A stretch of 64,000 bases of DNA from an uncultured delta proteobacterium. Lineage in GTDB: Bacteria; Myxococcota_A; Polyangia; Haliangiales; Haliangiaceae. The translations under genes were made by a program, and so were the position numbers. The stretch spans positions 704,001-768,000 of the forward strand of contig CAVUQH010000003.1 in NCBI GenBank assembly GCA_963743525.1. The letters run 5' to 3'. Positions 34,005 through 44,520 of the stretch are shown here, piece after piece (the first letter of the stretch is position 1; the number at the start of each line of letters is the position of its first letter). Under the pieces are notes generated by a model that worked only from the letters and a program-made list of their open reading frames with translations, had not been told where the DNA came from and made no database searches.

Positions 34005-34892
34005 CTAGCCAGGGACGTAGTCGGCTATCGTGATTCCAGGGACCCTGGACAGCGCGTTGGTGCCAGCCGGGAAGACCACAGAGGTTTCGCCGCCCAGCCA
34101 GCGCCGACGCGCGTCTGCGTAGCGGGCCCAGAAGGTGCGCATGGAGGTGAGCGTTGCGAGAAACACCTCGCGGATGACGCCTGCGACGCGGGGGCGACGC
34201 CGCGGGCGCGGCTCAGGGCTGCTGGGCTGCGAGAACGGATCCTGCGCAAGCACCTCCGCGAGGCCCAGGAACGGGCCGTCGGTGCGGTTCTCGACGGCGG
34301 TGATGCTCTCGCGGAGACCCGCAATGAGTTCGGGAAGCGAGCGGCGTTCGAGGGCCTGGGCCGGAGGCACGATGGAGAGCTCGAGAACCTCGGGGGCGGG
34401 CCCGTTGGAGCTGAAGTAGACCGGCGGTCGCTCGATCGGCAGGCTGGTTCCGATCCGCTCGGGTCCGAGGCAGACGCCCGGCCACTTATCGACGGCGGCG
34501 ACCAGTCTGGCGGTGACCGGATTGGTCAGGACGTAGACCATCTTGGCAATGATCGTTTCGTCATCCGGCAGCTCAATGCAGCTTGGCTCGTCGTTCGTCC
34601 ACATGTTCTCTCCGCGCTTGCGCAACGTGTTGGTGCACTTGCTGACAAGCAGATGAGCACGGTGCATGAAGTCAGAGACGTATCCGTGTGGATCCGTGAC
34701 GATGACGTGCCAGTGGTTCGACATGGCGCAAACCGCGTGCACCTGCATACCGAACACGTGGGCGGCATAGGCCAGGCAGTACAGGATGATCTGATTGATG
34801 AGCGCGCTGGGCGCGAGGAAGAAGCGGCGCTCCGAGCAGCGACGGGAGATGAAGTAGGTGGTGCCGGGCAGCGCGCGGCGAGGTTTGGACAT
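34005..34892 (-). mobile_element. REP-associated tyrosine transposase (RAYT, Y1/HUH)
   Basis: PRRALPGTTYFISRRC..R.FF, MSNHWH (HUH), YVLTNPV (catalytic Tyr), C-terminal VFPAGT. Confidence 0.85.
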
Positions 34893-34997
34893 GCGCTTGT
34901 CTAGGGCAAGCACTGTTCCAGCTCTAACGACTTGATTGCTCGTCGAGGCTGTCCGGCATGTCGGACGAGTGGCTACCGCCGTGGTCAGGTCATTTGT

Positions 34998-35033
34998 CGA
35001 ACCCCGGACGGATCTCTCCGGGACGGATCTCTC
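34998..35033 (-). repeat. Two inverted copies of the REP-like unit upstream of the RAYT
   Basis: CGAACCCCGGACGGATCTCT and CCGGGACGGATCTCTC are reverse complements of the 33.5 kb unit. Confidence 0.88.
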
Positions 35034-35329
35034 GGATGCAGCTCCGTTTCCTGTACGGCCTGGCTCGCTTCGACAGAGAGTGAACTGTAGGCACGGCTAC
35101 GTTTTCCCCTGACGTTGCAGGCCTGTTGGGGCAGGTGGGGCATTGGCGCCGCCTTCGTGGTCGATGGCGCGCTTGCGGCACGTGAAAATTTCGGGTCAGG
35201 CTGGCGCTCTGGTGACTGGTGGGCCAGTGGCGCGCGGGTCGGCGGTCTCGAGCCGATCGAGTTGGGCAACGAGCGCGATGGTCCGGGGCACCTGCCTTCA
35301 ACCCCACGGCGGAATTGGTGCAGTTCTTT

Positions 35330-35656
35330 GCTGCACGGATTGGAATCGGCCGCCTGCGCGCCACGCTGAGCAGCCTGTACAAGGCGTGGCGCAAGTGCGC
35401 CGACCAGGCCGGGGTGGACAAGCGGTTCACGGTCCACGGGATGCGGTACACGTTCAATGATCTGGTCCGCCGGGCAAAGGTCGACGCCGTCATTCGGCGC
35501 TCGCTGACCGGGCACGTCACCGAGGAGATGCAGCGGCACTACTCGGACGTCGGGCTAGACGAAAAGCGGGCGGCAACTGCCGGTGTGATCCGGTTGGTTC
35601 CCACCTCAGTCGCCGAAAGTGTGAACGCAGGTGTGAACGGGTCCCGAAACGACTGA
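35330..35656 (+). pseudogene. Tyrosine integrase C-terminal remnant
   Basis: KAWRKC...[22 protein letters not shown]...[24 protein letters not shown], closely paralogous to the end of 51773-52982. Confidence 0.85.
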
Positions 35657-35690
35657 CGGCCGGTGAGACCGTTACTCTCAACCGACCGTC
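35656..35690 (-). terminator. Hairpin downstream of the displaced tRNA 3' end
   Basis: GACGGCCGGTGAGA...TCTCaACCGaCCGTC inverted repeat. Confidence 0.55.
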
Positions 35691-35705
35691 TTTGCTGCGC
35701 TTGGC

Positions 35706-35750
35706 TGGAGCGGGATATGGGACTCGAACCCACGACGTTCAGCTTGGGAA
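35706..35750 (-). other. att site: duplicated 3' half of tRNA-Gly(CCC)
   Basis: Reverse complement TTCCCAAGCTGAACGTCGTGGGTTCGAGTCCCATATCCCGCTCCA; similarity to the tRNA stops exactly at the anticodon loop. Confidence 0.92.
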
Positions 35751-36137
35751 TTACGTAGCTAGCTTGGACATCACTGGGGAAACCCAGACCTATCAACCAC
35801 TTGATGCAACGTGGCGCCTCACGGCAACTCCTGTCGTCACACATCGAGGGGGACTTTTTGGGGCAGGTGCGTGCCGCTTGGCTGCAGGGTTCGAACACCT
35901 GAGCGCCAGATGCTCCGGCGGAGGAGGTGCGGAGCGGAAGCAACACAAGTGAAGGGAGCCGTCAACCGGTAGGCAGATTTCTGACTTTACAGGTAGGTGC
36001 TGGAAACGCGAAGGTCGCGTTGCCGGACGGGCCCAAGACTTACGGTCCTGCCCGCACCTCGCCGCATGCCTGTTCACCCTAGCCAGGTTACCGACCGCGC
36101 CTTGAGTTACCATAGGCCAACGAGTTGGGGGATGGGA

Positions 36138-36689
36138 TGGACGAAAGCGAGCTGGAGAATCTAAGTAGCGCCTTCAACGAGGAGCTCGGCTATCGGATTC
36201 AATCCAAGGCAGGTGGCACGGGGATCCTCTCGAAGATCAATTCCGAGTTCGTTCAGCATCTCGGAGAAGGCCAGGTTGACGAGGATGGCGAGCCCGCTGA
36301 CGGCGCGGCCATCGAAGCGGCCATGACGTTCCGACGGGAGCCATTGGAGGAAGGCGACGCCGACGCATTCATGGCGGAGATCGAGCGCGCCGGAACGGAA
36401 CTTGGTCAGAAAATTCGTCAAACGTTTCTACGAAGAGGTAGACCGGGTCTGTGAAGAGTCGGGCATGACGTTTGATGCAAAGGGGAAGGGACTGACTCCC
36501 GAGCTGTTCTACGCCATGTTCGAAAGAATTGAGATTCCGTTCGATGAACAAGGCAAGCCGATCATGCCGACATTGGTCTTCAACCCCGCACAGATTGAGA
36601 AGGTCAAGGAAATCCTCAGTCGCCCGGAGGTCCAGGTGCGCATCGACGCGATCATCATGCGCAAATGGTTCGAGAAGTACTCGACATGA
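36138..36689 (+). CDS. Hypothetical ~180-aa protein (possible truncated HK97 capsid-fold); +1 frameshift in the A-run near 36410
   Basis: Removing one A from CAGAAAATTC joins ...IERAGTELGQK to FVKRFYEEV...; the stop overlaps the caspase ATG (ATGA). Confidence 0.7.
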
Positions 36690-38607
36690 GCTCAAGACAT
36701 GCCCTCATTGTGGCGGTTGCGAAGTTCGACGCCTCCAATCTTGGCGATTTGCCGGGCGTGACGGTCAACGGCGAACGGATGAAAGCGTTTTGCGAGGATC
36801 CGGCCAAAGGTGCGTTCGACACGGTACGGCTACTCAAAGACGCTTCTTTGGTGGAAATCCGAGCAGCTCTTGCCGACCTGTTCAAACCGTAGGAGCCGCT
36901 GATAACGGTTTCGCGTTCGTCTACGTGGCAAGCCACGGGTTGACAGCGGGACCGAACGGACTGTGGATCGCAACCAAAGACTCCCGTGTGGACCGGCGGT
37001 CAACGACCATGCTGTCCGCAGAGCATCTGGCCGAGCTCATCGAGGAACATCGGCCTGCCACGAGCACAATAGTCATCGATGCTTGTGAGGCTGGAGGACA
37101 CTCTTCTAGTGCGGCCGCTATGGCCCGCGACAAGTTGTGGCGCGACCTGGAAGCTCAGAATGACACGGCGGAGGGACACTTCTTCATCGTCGCCTGTGGC
37201 ACGCGTGAGACGGCCGGCGAAGATGCATCGGGTGGTGAGTTCACAAGCGTGCTGCTCGACTGTACGGAGAAACTGGGGCAGGAGAATCCCGAACTCGAGT
37301 GGTTGCCAGCAGAGTTGGTTGCTAGCGCGGTTATCAAGCAAGCGGCGGAGCGTGGCATATCGCAGACTCCGGAATGGACCGGGCTTGCTGTTTCAGTCGC
37401 AGTGCCGTTCTGCCGAAACTATGACTACGACGACGAAGCGCCCCTTTCGCATCGGAGCATTTCCACGCGCTCTCTCCCCGACAAGGCTCGTAAACAGTCG
37501 CTCGGTGCTATTCGCCTGCACTGGAACGCAGTGAACCTCGTAGGGACTGGCACACCGTGGCTTGGCGCTGCGCGTGAGGCGATTGCGCGCGCCTCGGAGG
37601 TCCTCGACCCTGGTGAAGCGGTATCGTTCTTCGGCCAGGCTGCCACCAGTATCTGGGAGCGCGTGTCGTTCGTTGACACGGCCAACGATCGCGCTCAGTT
37701 CGCGAGATACGGTCAGTTTGTGCTAGTTGAGGCCGGTCGGAAGAGAATCCTGGATTCGTTGGCGGCTGACGCCCTGCTCCAGTGTCTGTCCGATCTAGCA
37801 CCGAAGGTCGCCGATGACATTGACAACTGGTTGTCCAATCACGGTTGGTTTAGCCAGGGCGATGGTCCCGCTGGCGTAGCGACTACAACGATTCGTTTCT
37901 GGGACGCGCTTGGCGGTGCGGCATTTCTCTCAGTGGTGTCGAAGAGCCTTGCTTCTGCTGCAGCCGAACCGCTTCGCGACGCGGTACTGCGGGCCGTCGA
38001 ACAGAATCCGCGGCTCCACCGCTTCGTCTGGATGGGGTCGTACAGCGACATTTCTCTCGCACTCGCGCTTGCAGCGACGAAGACCCCAGAAGTCGCCAAA
38101 GCAGCGAGTACGGGCATGTTTGCACGTAGCCTGCGCGACTACTCAGAAGGGCGCGCGCCGATTCCGAGCCACCTGAGAGGACGGGACTTGGGCCGCGCGT
38201 TGGCGCAGCGACAACTTGATCCGGGAACGGCACCCAAGTGGTCTGACGAAGGATTTGGCTGCTGCCTCCGCATCATGCAGCTGGCGGGTGTTTCCGATAT
38301 CGATCGGAACGCGGAGTCTTCGAAACTCACCACAGTTTCGCTGCCGTCGCTCGCCTATTACCGCCCGACATCCGAAGCTGCCCAGTTCCGACAGGTCATG
38401 AGAGTTCGCGAGCCAGTGAGCTTTCCGGCTACGAGCCCAGGTGTCTCGCAGCTCTTGGCGGCCATCGATGGGGATACGTCGCCGGTCACGGAGCAAGGTG
38501 ACAAAGGCCTGCGGCAGGTCGTCCACGCGGCCGCAGCTGCCGGTGTCTATCGAAACCGTTCTGGTGTCGGTGCATCCTCCGCGCTATTGACGTTATGGGG
38601 ACCCTAG
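36686..38607 (+). CDS. Caspase-family (peptidase C14) protease with long C-terminal extension; frameshift near 36885
   Basis: HALIVAV..F....DLPGV; FVYVASHG (catalytic His); IVIDACEAG (catalytic Cys); ACGTRETAGE...GGEFT; QTP. Confidence 0.85.
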
Positions 38608-38613
38608 GGAGCG

Positions 38614-39049
38614 GTGGCGGAGTCAGGCGCACAGGCGGCACTCCGCGGATACCGTCTGCAAGCATTATTCACGCTTGACAGAGTACTCGGCTACGATCAC
38701 GACGCAGCCTTCCAACTAGAAGGCCGAGAGGACCTGGACATTCTCCAGGACGGTGCTCTGACGGAGATTATCCAGGTCAAAGCTCTCGACCACCCACTGA
38801 CACTCTCGGATCTGTCACCGAAGAAGACGCGCTCCTTCTTTCGACGAGTGCTAGATCGAGGGTCACAACAGTCTGCTGCCGTTGTCGAGGAGATTCTCGC
38901 GTGTTTTTCGGGTTCGGTCCCACGGTCGCCACGGCTTTTGAGTCCGATGGCGCGGAGCGAGCGGCGGCAGTCGCGAAACTTCAGGGCTGGGGTTACAGCG
39001 CCGAGGATGCTCGATCTTTGATCGCGACCATTCGGTTGCGCACGCCCGA
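38614..39049 (+). pseudogene. 5' part of a nuclease-STAND NTPase gene: PD-(D/E)xK (Cap4-like) effector domain, interrupted by IS21
   Basis: SGAQAALRGYRLQ...LEGREDLDI...IIQVK; the frame resumes at 44634 once the IS is removed (LRTPD|ESTIHERV). Confidence 0.75.
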
Positions 39050-39133
39050 CCTCAAGCGACACCCGAAAAGCGGCCAGTTGTGGACACGTCAAAACCGGCC
39101 AGTTGGCGGAGGCGAGACGTCGTCGGTGATGGG

Positions 39134-39206
39134 TTAGCGCGCGGGCTGCGCCTTGGGCAAGTTCGCGGCGTTCATTCGGTAGCTGCGCGGTCCGGTCTTG
39201 AGCAGG
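39134..39206 (-). pseudogene. istB: Detached C-terminus of the outer-IS IstB
   Basis: Reads LLKTGPRSYRMNAANLPKAQPAR*, continuing ...DRILHRAH from 42234. Confidence 0.85.
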
Positions 39207-39346
39207 TGTCAGTGGTCGCCTAGAAACGCGGGATTTCGGACCGGCTTAGCCGCGGCAGTCCGGAAAGTGGCGTTCAGCGACGTGGCCGCGTAAGACGCGC
39301 GTCCTCCCAAAGAGCGAAAGCCCGGAGCGGCAATCTCCGAGCTTTC

Positions 39347-39922
39347 ATGTCGCGACACCGAGCCGTGGTGCTGCAGACGCAGCGTTCGTCGCATGGCGCG
39401 GTGATCGGGTCCAGTTTCGGGACAAGGACCTGTCGCCGAGCCGTGGAATCGCTTCGTTTTGTCCAGTGTGCGCAGGGCGCATGCGGTGCGGTGTTCTATC
39501 TGTGCCGGCGCCACGATCGAGGTCAGCGCTACTGCTCGGAGGCCTGCCGGGTGGCGGCGCGTCGAGCATCGGTGCGGGACGCGCGGCGGCGGCACCAGCG
39601 CAGCCGCGAGGGCCGGATGGATCACGCCGACCGGCAGCGGGTGTATCGGGAGCGCGTGATGGATCAGGGTCCCCAAAAAGTTGCCCACGCCCTACATCGG
39701 AGCGCGGTCAACGCCGCTGGTACCGCGGAGGTTCCAGACGCGGTCGGCCAGGAGGACTCCGATGCAGAGAGCGAAGGCGGCGAGGCCGCTATCACCGAGA
39801 CCGGCCGACCACGCTGCGCCGTTTGCCGCATGCACTCGCCGTGGGTGCGTCATGCGTTCGTGTCGCGTCACCGCCGCCGCGGCCGCGGGGCACGCGCGCC
39901 GTGCGCGCCGGCACCGCCGTGA
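39347..39922 (+). CDS. Cys/Arg-rich (zinc-finger-like) passenger ORF of the inner IS21
   Basis: CAQGACGAVFYLCRRHDRGQRYCSEACR...RRRHQRSREGRMDHADRQRVYRER, plus a second CxxC; true start uncertain. Confidence 0.6.
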   Translation: MSRHRAVVLQTQRSSHGAVIGSSFGTRTCRRAVESLRFVQCAQGACGAVFYLCRRHDRGQRYCSEACRVAARRASVRDARRRHQRSREGRMDHADRQRVYRERVMDQGPQKVAHALHRSAVNAAGTAEVPDAVGQEDSDAESEGGEAAITETGRPRCAVCRMHSPWVRHAFVSRHRRRGRGARAPCAPAPP

Positions 39923-39937
39923 TCTGGTGGTGTCGCG

Positions 39938-41450
39938 ATGATCGATGCGGAGCTGTTCGCGCGGATTCGCCGCCTGTACTTCGCCGAGCACTGGCGGGTG
40001 GGCACCATCGCCACCGAGCTGGGCGTTCACCACGACACGGTCGAGCGCGCCATCGGCGCCGAGCGATTCGGCCCCAGCCCGCGGCCCATCCGGCCGACGC
40101 TGCTCGATCCGTTCAAGGCCTTCATCCGGCAGACGCTCGAGCGGCACCCGCGGCTGCGCGCGAGCCGGCTCCACGCGATGCTTCGCGAGCGCGGCTATCC
40201 GGGCTCCGAGTGCAGGTGCGCCGCTACGTCGCGACGGTGCGCCCCCGCCAGACCGAGGCGTACCTGCGTCTCGAGACGATGCCCGGCGAGCAGGGCCAGG
40301 TCGACTGGGGGCACTTCGGCAAGCTCACGATCGGCGCCGCGCGCCGGCCGCTCGTTTGCTTCGTGGTGGTGCTGTCGTACTCGCGCGCGATGTACGCGCG
40401 CTTCACGCTCGACCAGGGCATGGAGAGCTTCCTGCGCGGCCACATCGAAGCGTTCGAGGCACTCGGCGGCGTGCCGCGCCAGTTGCTCTACGACAATCTC
40501 AAGAGCGTCGTCCTCGATCGCGTCGGCAACGACGTGCGCTTTCACCCGCGCATCCTCGAGCTCGCCGGCCACTACCACTTCGCGCCGCTGCCGTGCGCGC
40601 CGTATCGCGGCAACGAGAAGGGCAAGGTCGAGCGCACAATCCAGTATCTGCGTCATGCGTTCTTCGCCGCGCGCTCGTTCGCCTCCGTCGACGATCTCAA
40701 TCGCCAGCTCGCCGACTGGATTGCCGGCATCGCCCACGCTCGCGCCGTGCCCGGCGACCCCGAGCGGCGCTCCGTCGCCGACATGCTCGCGCTCGAGCAG
40801 CCGCGCCTTCTGCCGCTGCCCGACAAGCGCTTCGAGACCGACCACGTGCGTGCGGTCACCTCAGGCAAGCAGCCCTACGTCCGCTTCGATCGCAACGACT
40901 ACTCGATCCCGCACGAGCTCGTCCGCGTGCCGGTCACCCTCATCGCGTCCGAGCGCGAGATTCGCATCGCCGACGCCACCGGCGCCGTCGTCGCGCACCA
41001 GCTCGCTACTGGGGTCGTCGCGAAGTGATCGAGGACCCGGCCCACATCGCGCGGCTGGCCAAGGACAAGCGCCGCGCGCGCGAGCTGCGCGGCCGCGACC
41101 GCCTGCGCCGCGTGTGTCCGGCGGCCGACCGATTCCTCGACGCGCCGCCCAGCGCGGCGAGCCGCTCAGCAGTCAGCCGCGCGCCTGCTCCGCCTGCTCG
41201 ACGCCTACGGCGCCGCCGACCTCGACGCCGCGATGGCCGACGCCCTCGCGCGCGGCGCCGTCTCCGCCGCCTCGGTCGCCCACATCCTCGACCAGCGTGC
41301 GCGGGCAGGGGCGCGCCGCCGCCGATCGACGTCGTCTTGCCCGACGACCCGCGCGTGCGCGACCTGCGCGTCACGCCCCACGCGCTCAGCCACTACGACG
41401 CGCTCTCGCCCACGACGACCGAAAGGACCACGATGAGACCCACTCGCTGA
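39938..41450 (+). CDS. istA: IS21 transposase IstA (inner IS; several frameshifts)
   Basis: [63 protein letters not shown]. Confidence 0.88.
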
Positions 41451-42185
41451 CGACCTCGCGCGCTCGGCCTCCGCCACGCCGCCGATCAGCCTCGACGACC
41501 TCGTCGCCACGGCGACCAAGAAGCGGCTCGGCCACCTCGAGCTCCTCGAGCACATCGCGACGTCGAGAGCGAGGACCGCGCGCGCCGCAGCCTCGAGCGC
41601 CGCATGCTCGCGCGCGCCTCGGCCGCTTCAAGCCGATCGCCGACTTCGACTGGGACTGGCCCAAGCGCATCGACCGCGACGCCGTCGACGCGTCCTCCGC
41701 CTCGAATTCCTCGACCGCGCCCGCAACATCGTCCTCGTCGCGCCGCAGGGCCTCGGCAAGACCATGATCGCGCGGAACATCGCCCACCAGGCCGTCCAGG
41801 CCGGCCACTCCGTCCTCTTCGTCACCGCCGCCCAGCTCCTGCTCGACCTCGCCGCCCAGGACTCGGCCCGCGCCCTCGAGCGCCGTTTCCGCCACTACTG
41901 CCGGCCCGCGCTCTCGTCCTCGACGAGATCGGCTACCTGTCCTACGACACCCGCAACGCCGACCTCCTCTTCCAGATCATCAGCCGCCGCTACGAGCACA
42001 AGAGCATCGTCATGACCACCAACCTCGCCTTCAGCGACTGGCCGACGATCTTCCCCAACGCCACCTGCGCCACCGCCCTCATCGACCGCATCGTCCACCA
42101 CGCCGACGTCATCGCCATCGAAGGCGACAGCTACCGCCGCCGCGAGGCCGAGGCCGACAAGAAGACCCGCCGCTCCAAGCGCTGA
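41433..42185 (+). CDS. istB: IS21 helper ATPase IstB (inner IS; several frameshifts)
   Basis: [14 protein letters not shown] (Walker A), [33 protein letters not shown]. Confidence 0.88.
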
Positions 42186-42233
42186 CCTATCCGGTTCGGA
42201 TTTCCGCGTTTCCAGGTGAACGCCAACAGCAGG

Positions 42234-42919
42234 TGTGCGCGGTGCAGGATGCGGTCGAGCATGGCGGTGACGGCGGCAGCGTCGCCGAGGAGCTTGCCCC
42301 AATCGTCTAGCGGACGGTTGGAGGTGAGCAGGGTGCTGCCGCGCTCGTAGCGACGCATGATGACCTCGAGCAGGTCTTCGGCGGCAGTCGGCGGCAGCTT
42401 GCGCATGCCGACGTCGTCAATGATCAGCAGCGGCACGGACGCGAGCGTGGCCATGGCGTGTTTGCGCAGCCCTTCGAGGGTGGCCTCGGCCAGGTGCTCG
42501 ATGAGGATGTGCGCTTCGCGGTAGATCACCTTGTGCCCCTGGTGGATCGCCGCCAGCCCGATGGCCTGAGCCAGGTGGCTCTTGCCGGTGCCGGGCGGCC
42601 CGTGAAACAGGACGTCTTCTCGCGCGTCAACGAAGCGGGCGGTGGCGAGGTCGAAGACGAGCTTGCGGTCCATCTTCTTGTTGAAGTCGAAATCGTAGTT
42701 GTCGAGAGTCCGGCCGGGTTCGCGAAATGCGGCTTGCTTGATGCGCCGCTGGATCAGTCAATCGTGCCGGCGCACGAGCTCGTCCTGCACCAGCGCGCCG
42801 ACGACGTCGATGCCGGGCCAGCTCTCGGTCTGCGCCTGGCGCAGCCGCGCGTCGAGGGTGTCGGCCATGCCGGACAGGCGCAGCTTGCGCAGTGAGCGGT
42901 CGAGTTCGATCGGGTTCAT
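42234..42919 (-). pseudogene. istB: IS21 IstB (outer IS), interrupted by the inner IS
   Basis: [45 protein letters not shown]. Confidence 0.9.
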
Positions 42920-44520
42920 GAGTCTCCTTGGGTTCGCTGCTCGAGCAGCTGTTGGTATTGGGTGAGCTCGCGGATCAGCGGATCGACTTGTCGCAGCGAC
43001 AGCGACGGCCCGGGCGCGTGCTCGAGGTAGCTGCGGACAAACCGGTACGACGGCGCGCCGGTCTCCAGGGCAAACGCGCATGCGGCTTCGAGCTGCGCGT
43101 GTCCGTACTTTTTCGCGAGGCCGAGCGTGCCCTGGATGCGACGGATGCCCGGCGTCGCGCCGTCGTTGCGCCAGATCTCGCCGCACACGGTCTCGACGGC
43201 GCGCCCGATCACGCGGGCGCGCTCGCGGAGTTTGGCCAGTCCCGGCGGCGCCTTCTTCGACCGGTCGCGCGGGTCGATGCGATGACGGCCGGGGCGCTCG
43301 CGCATGTGCTCGCGCAAGAGGTCCGACGTGCGCGGATCGAGAATACGCACGCGCCGCGTGTCCCACTGCACGTGCACCTCGCGACCGATCCACCCGGGCG
43401 GCGTGCCGTAAAACGCACGGGCCACTTCGACACAGCCGTCCAGATGCACGGTGCGCTTGCCGTACTCGTAGTACGCGAAGGACTCGACCGGCAGTGGCAA
43501 CAGCGATGGTTTCTCGTCGGCAAACATCGCGGCGACCTGCCGCTTGGTCGTGCCGTGGATGCGCGTGTCGGCCCAGTTTGCCTCCCACCGATCGAGGTAC
43601 ACCTGCGCCGCATCGAGCGTCTCGAAGCGCAGGCCGCGCATCTTGTCCTGGCCGGCTTTGACCGCGGACTCGACCTTGCCCTTGCGGTTTGGATCGCGGA
43701 CGCGCGCCGGCAGCGCTGTCGCGCCGTAGTGCGCGAGCACATCGCGATACAGCGGATTCAGCGTCGGGTCGAAGTACTCGGCCTTCAGCACGCCTTCCTT
43801 GAGATTGTCCAGCACGACGACGCGCGTCGCGCCGCCGAGCCGGCGAAACGCACGCTCATGAAGCTCGGCCCAGATGCGCGAGCTCGAGCCGAAGGTCCAC
43901 AGCCAGATCGACTTGCGGCTACAGCCGAGCGTGAGCACGAACAGGCGCGTCCGGCGGTACTTGCCCGTGTCCGGGTAGCGGACCATCGGCCCCTCGCCGT
44001 AGTCAACCTGGCACTCCTCGCCCGGCAGCGTCGTGATCACCGGGTGGGCATCGCCGCCGCTGGTTCGGCGCAGTTTGCGCACGAATCGCCGCACGCTCGA
44101 GTAGCCGGCCTCGAAGCCGGAGTCGTCGACCAAGTCCTGCCAGATCGCCTTCGCGTTGCGGCCCAGCGACACCGCCTGCTCGATCAACTCGCGGTGTGGT
44201 TCGCACACGCTTGCCGACGGCGACACCGTCGGTGATTGCCGTTCGAGCTCGGCCGAGTCGGTGGACGCCTCACTGGCCGGTTTTGCCGAGTCGGCCGACA
44301 CCTCACTGGCCGGTTTTGCCGAGTCGGTGGACGTCTCACTGGCCGGTTTTGAGAGCCGGCGCTTGCGCGGCGCGCGCACCACTATCCCGGCCGACTTCAG
44401 GTAGTTACTGGCCGTTTCGCGGCGAACTCCCGTCGCCTCTTCGATTTTTCGCAGCGACCAGCCCAGCCGCCCCAGTGCAAGAACCTCATGCCGCTTCTGC
44501 TCACTCAAGACATTGGCCAT
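42916..44520 (-). CDS. istA: IS21 transposase IstA (outer IS), intact ORF
   Basis: HTH WSLRKIEEATGVRRET; PGEECQVDYG, VLDNLKEGV, PNRKGKVES, RIHGTT. Confidence 0.93.
   Translation of the reverse strand: MANVLSEQKRHEVLALGRLGWSLRKIEEATGVRRETASNYLKSAGIVVRAPRKRRLSKPASETSTDSAKPASEVSADSAKPASEASTDSAELERQSPTVSPSASVCEPHRELIEQAVSLGRNAKAIWQDLVDDSGFEAGYSSVRRFVRKLRRTSGGDAHPVITTLPGEECQVDYGEGPMVRYPDTGKYRRTRLFVLTLGCSRKSIWLWTFGSSSRIWAELHERAFRRLGGATRVVVLDNLKEGVLKAEYFDPTLNPLYRDVLAHYGATALPARVRDPNRKGKVESAVKAGQDKMRGLRFETLDAAQVYLDRWEANWADTRIHGTTKRQVAAMFADEKPSLLPLPVESFAYYEYGKRTVHLDGCVEVARAFYGTPPGWIGREVHVQWDTRRVRILDPRTSDLLREHMRERPGRHRIDPRDRSKKAPPGLAKLRERARVIGRAVETVCGEIWRNDGATPGIRRIQGTLGLAKKYGHAQLEAACAFALETGAPSYRFVRSYLEHAPGPSLSLRQVDPLIRELTQYQQLLEQRTQGDS
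44252..44350. repeat. 3 x 33-bp tandem repeat inside istA carrying the IS-end motif ACTGGCCGGTTTT
   Basis: CACTGGCCGGTTTT at 44271, 44304 and 44337; encodes (KPASE.S.DSA)x3. Confidence 0.9.

Larger units (their letters stand above)
39207..42228 (+). mobile_element. Inner IS21-family element nested in the outer istB
   Basis: Ends TGTCAGTGGTCGCCTAGAAACGCGGG... and revcomp TGTTGGCGTTCACCTGGAAACGCGGA...; 5-bp TSD GCAGG at 39202-39206 and 42229-42233. Confidence 0.9.

Noticed and set aside
35706..35750. Second functional tRNA gene
   Set aside because: Only the anticodon loop to CCA is present; the 5' half is missing.
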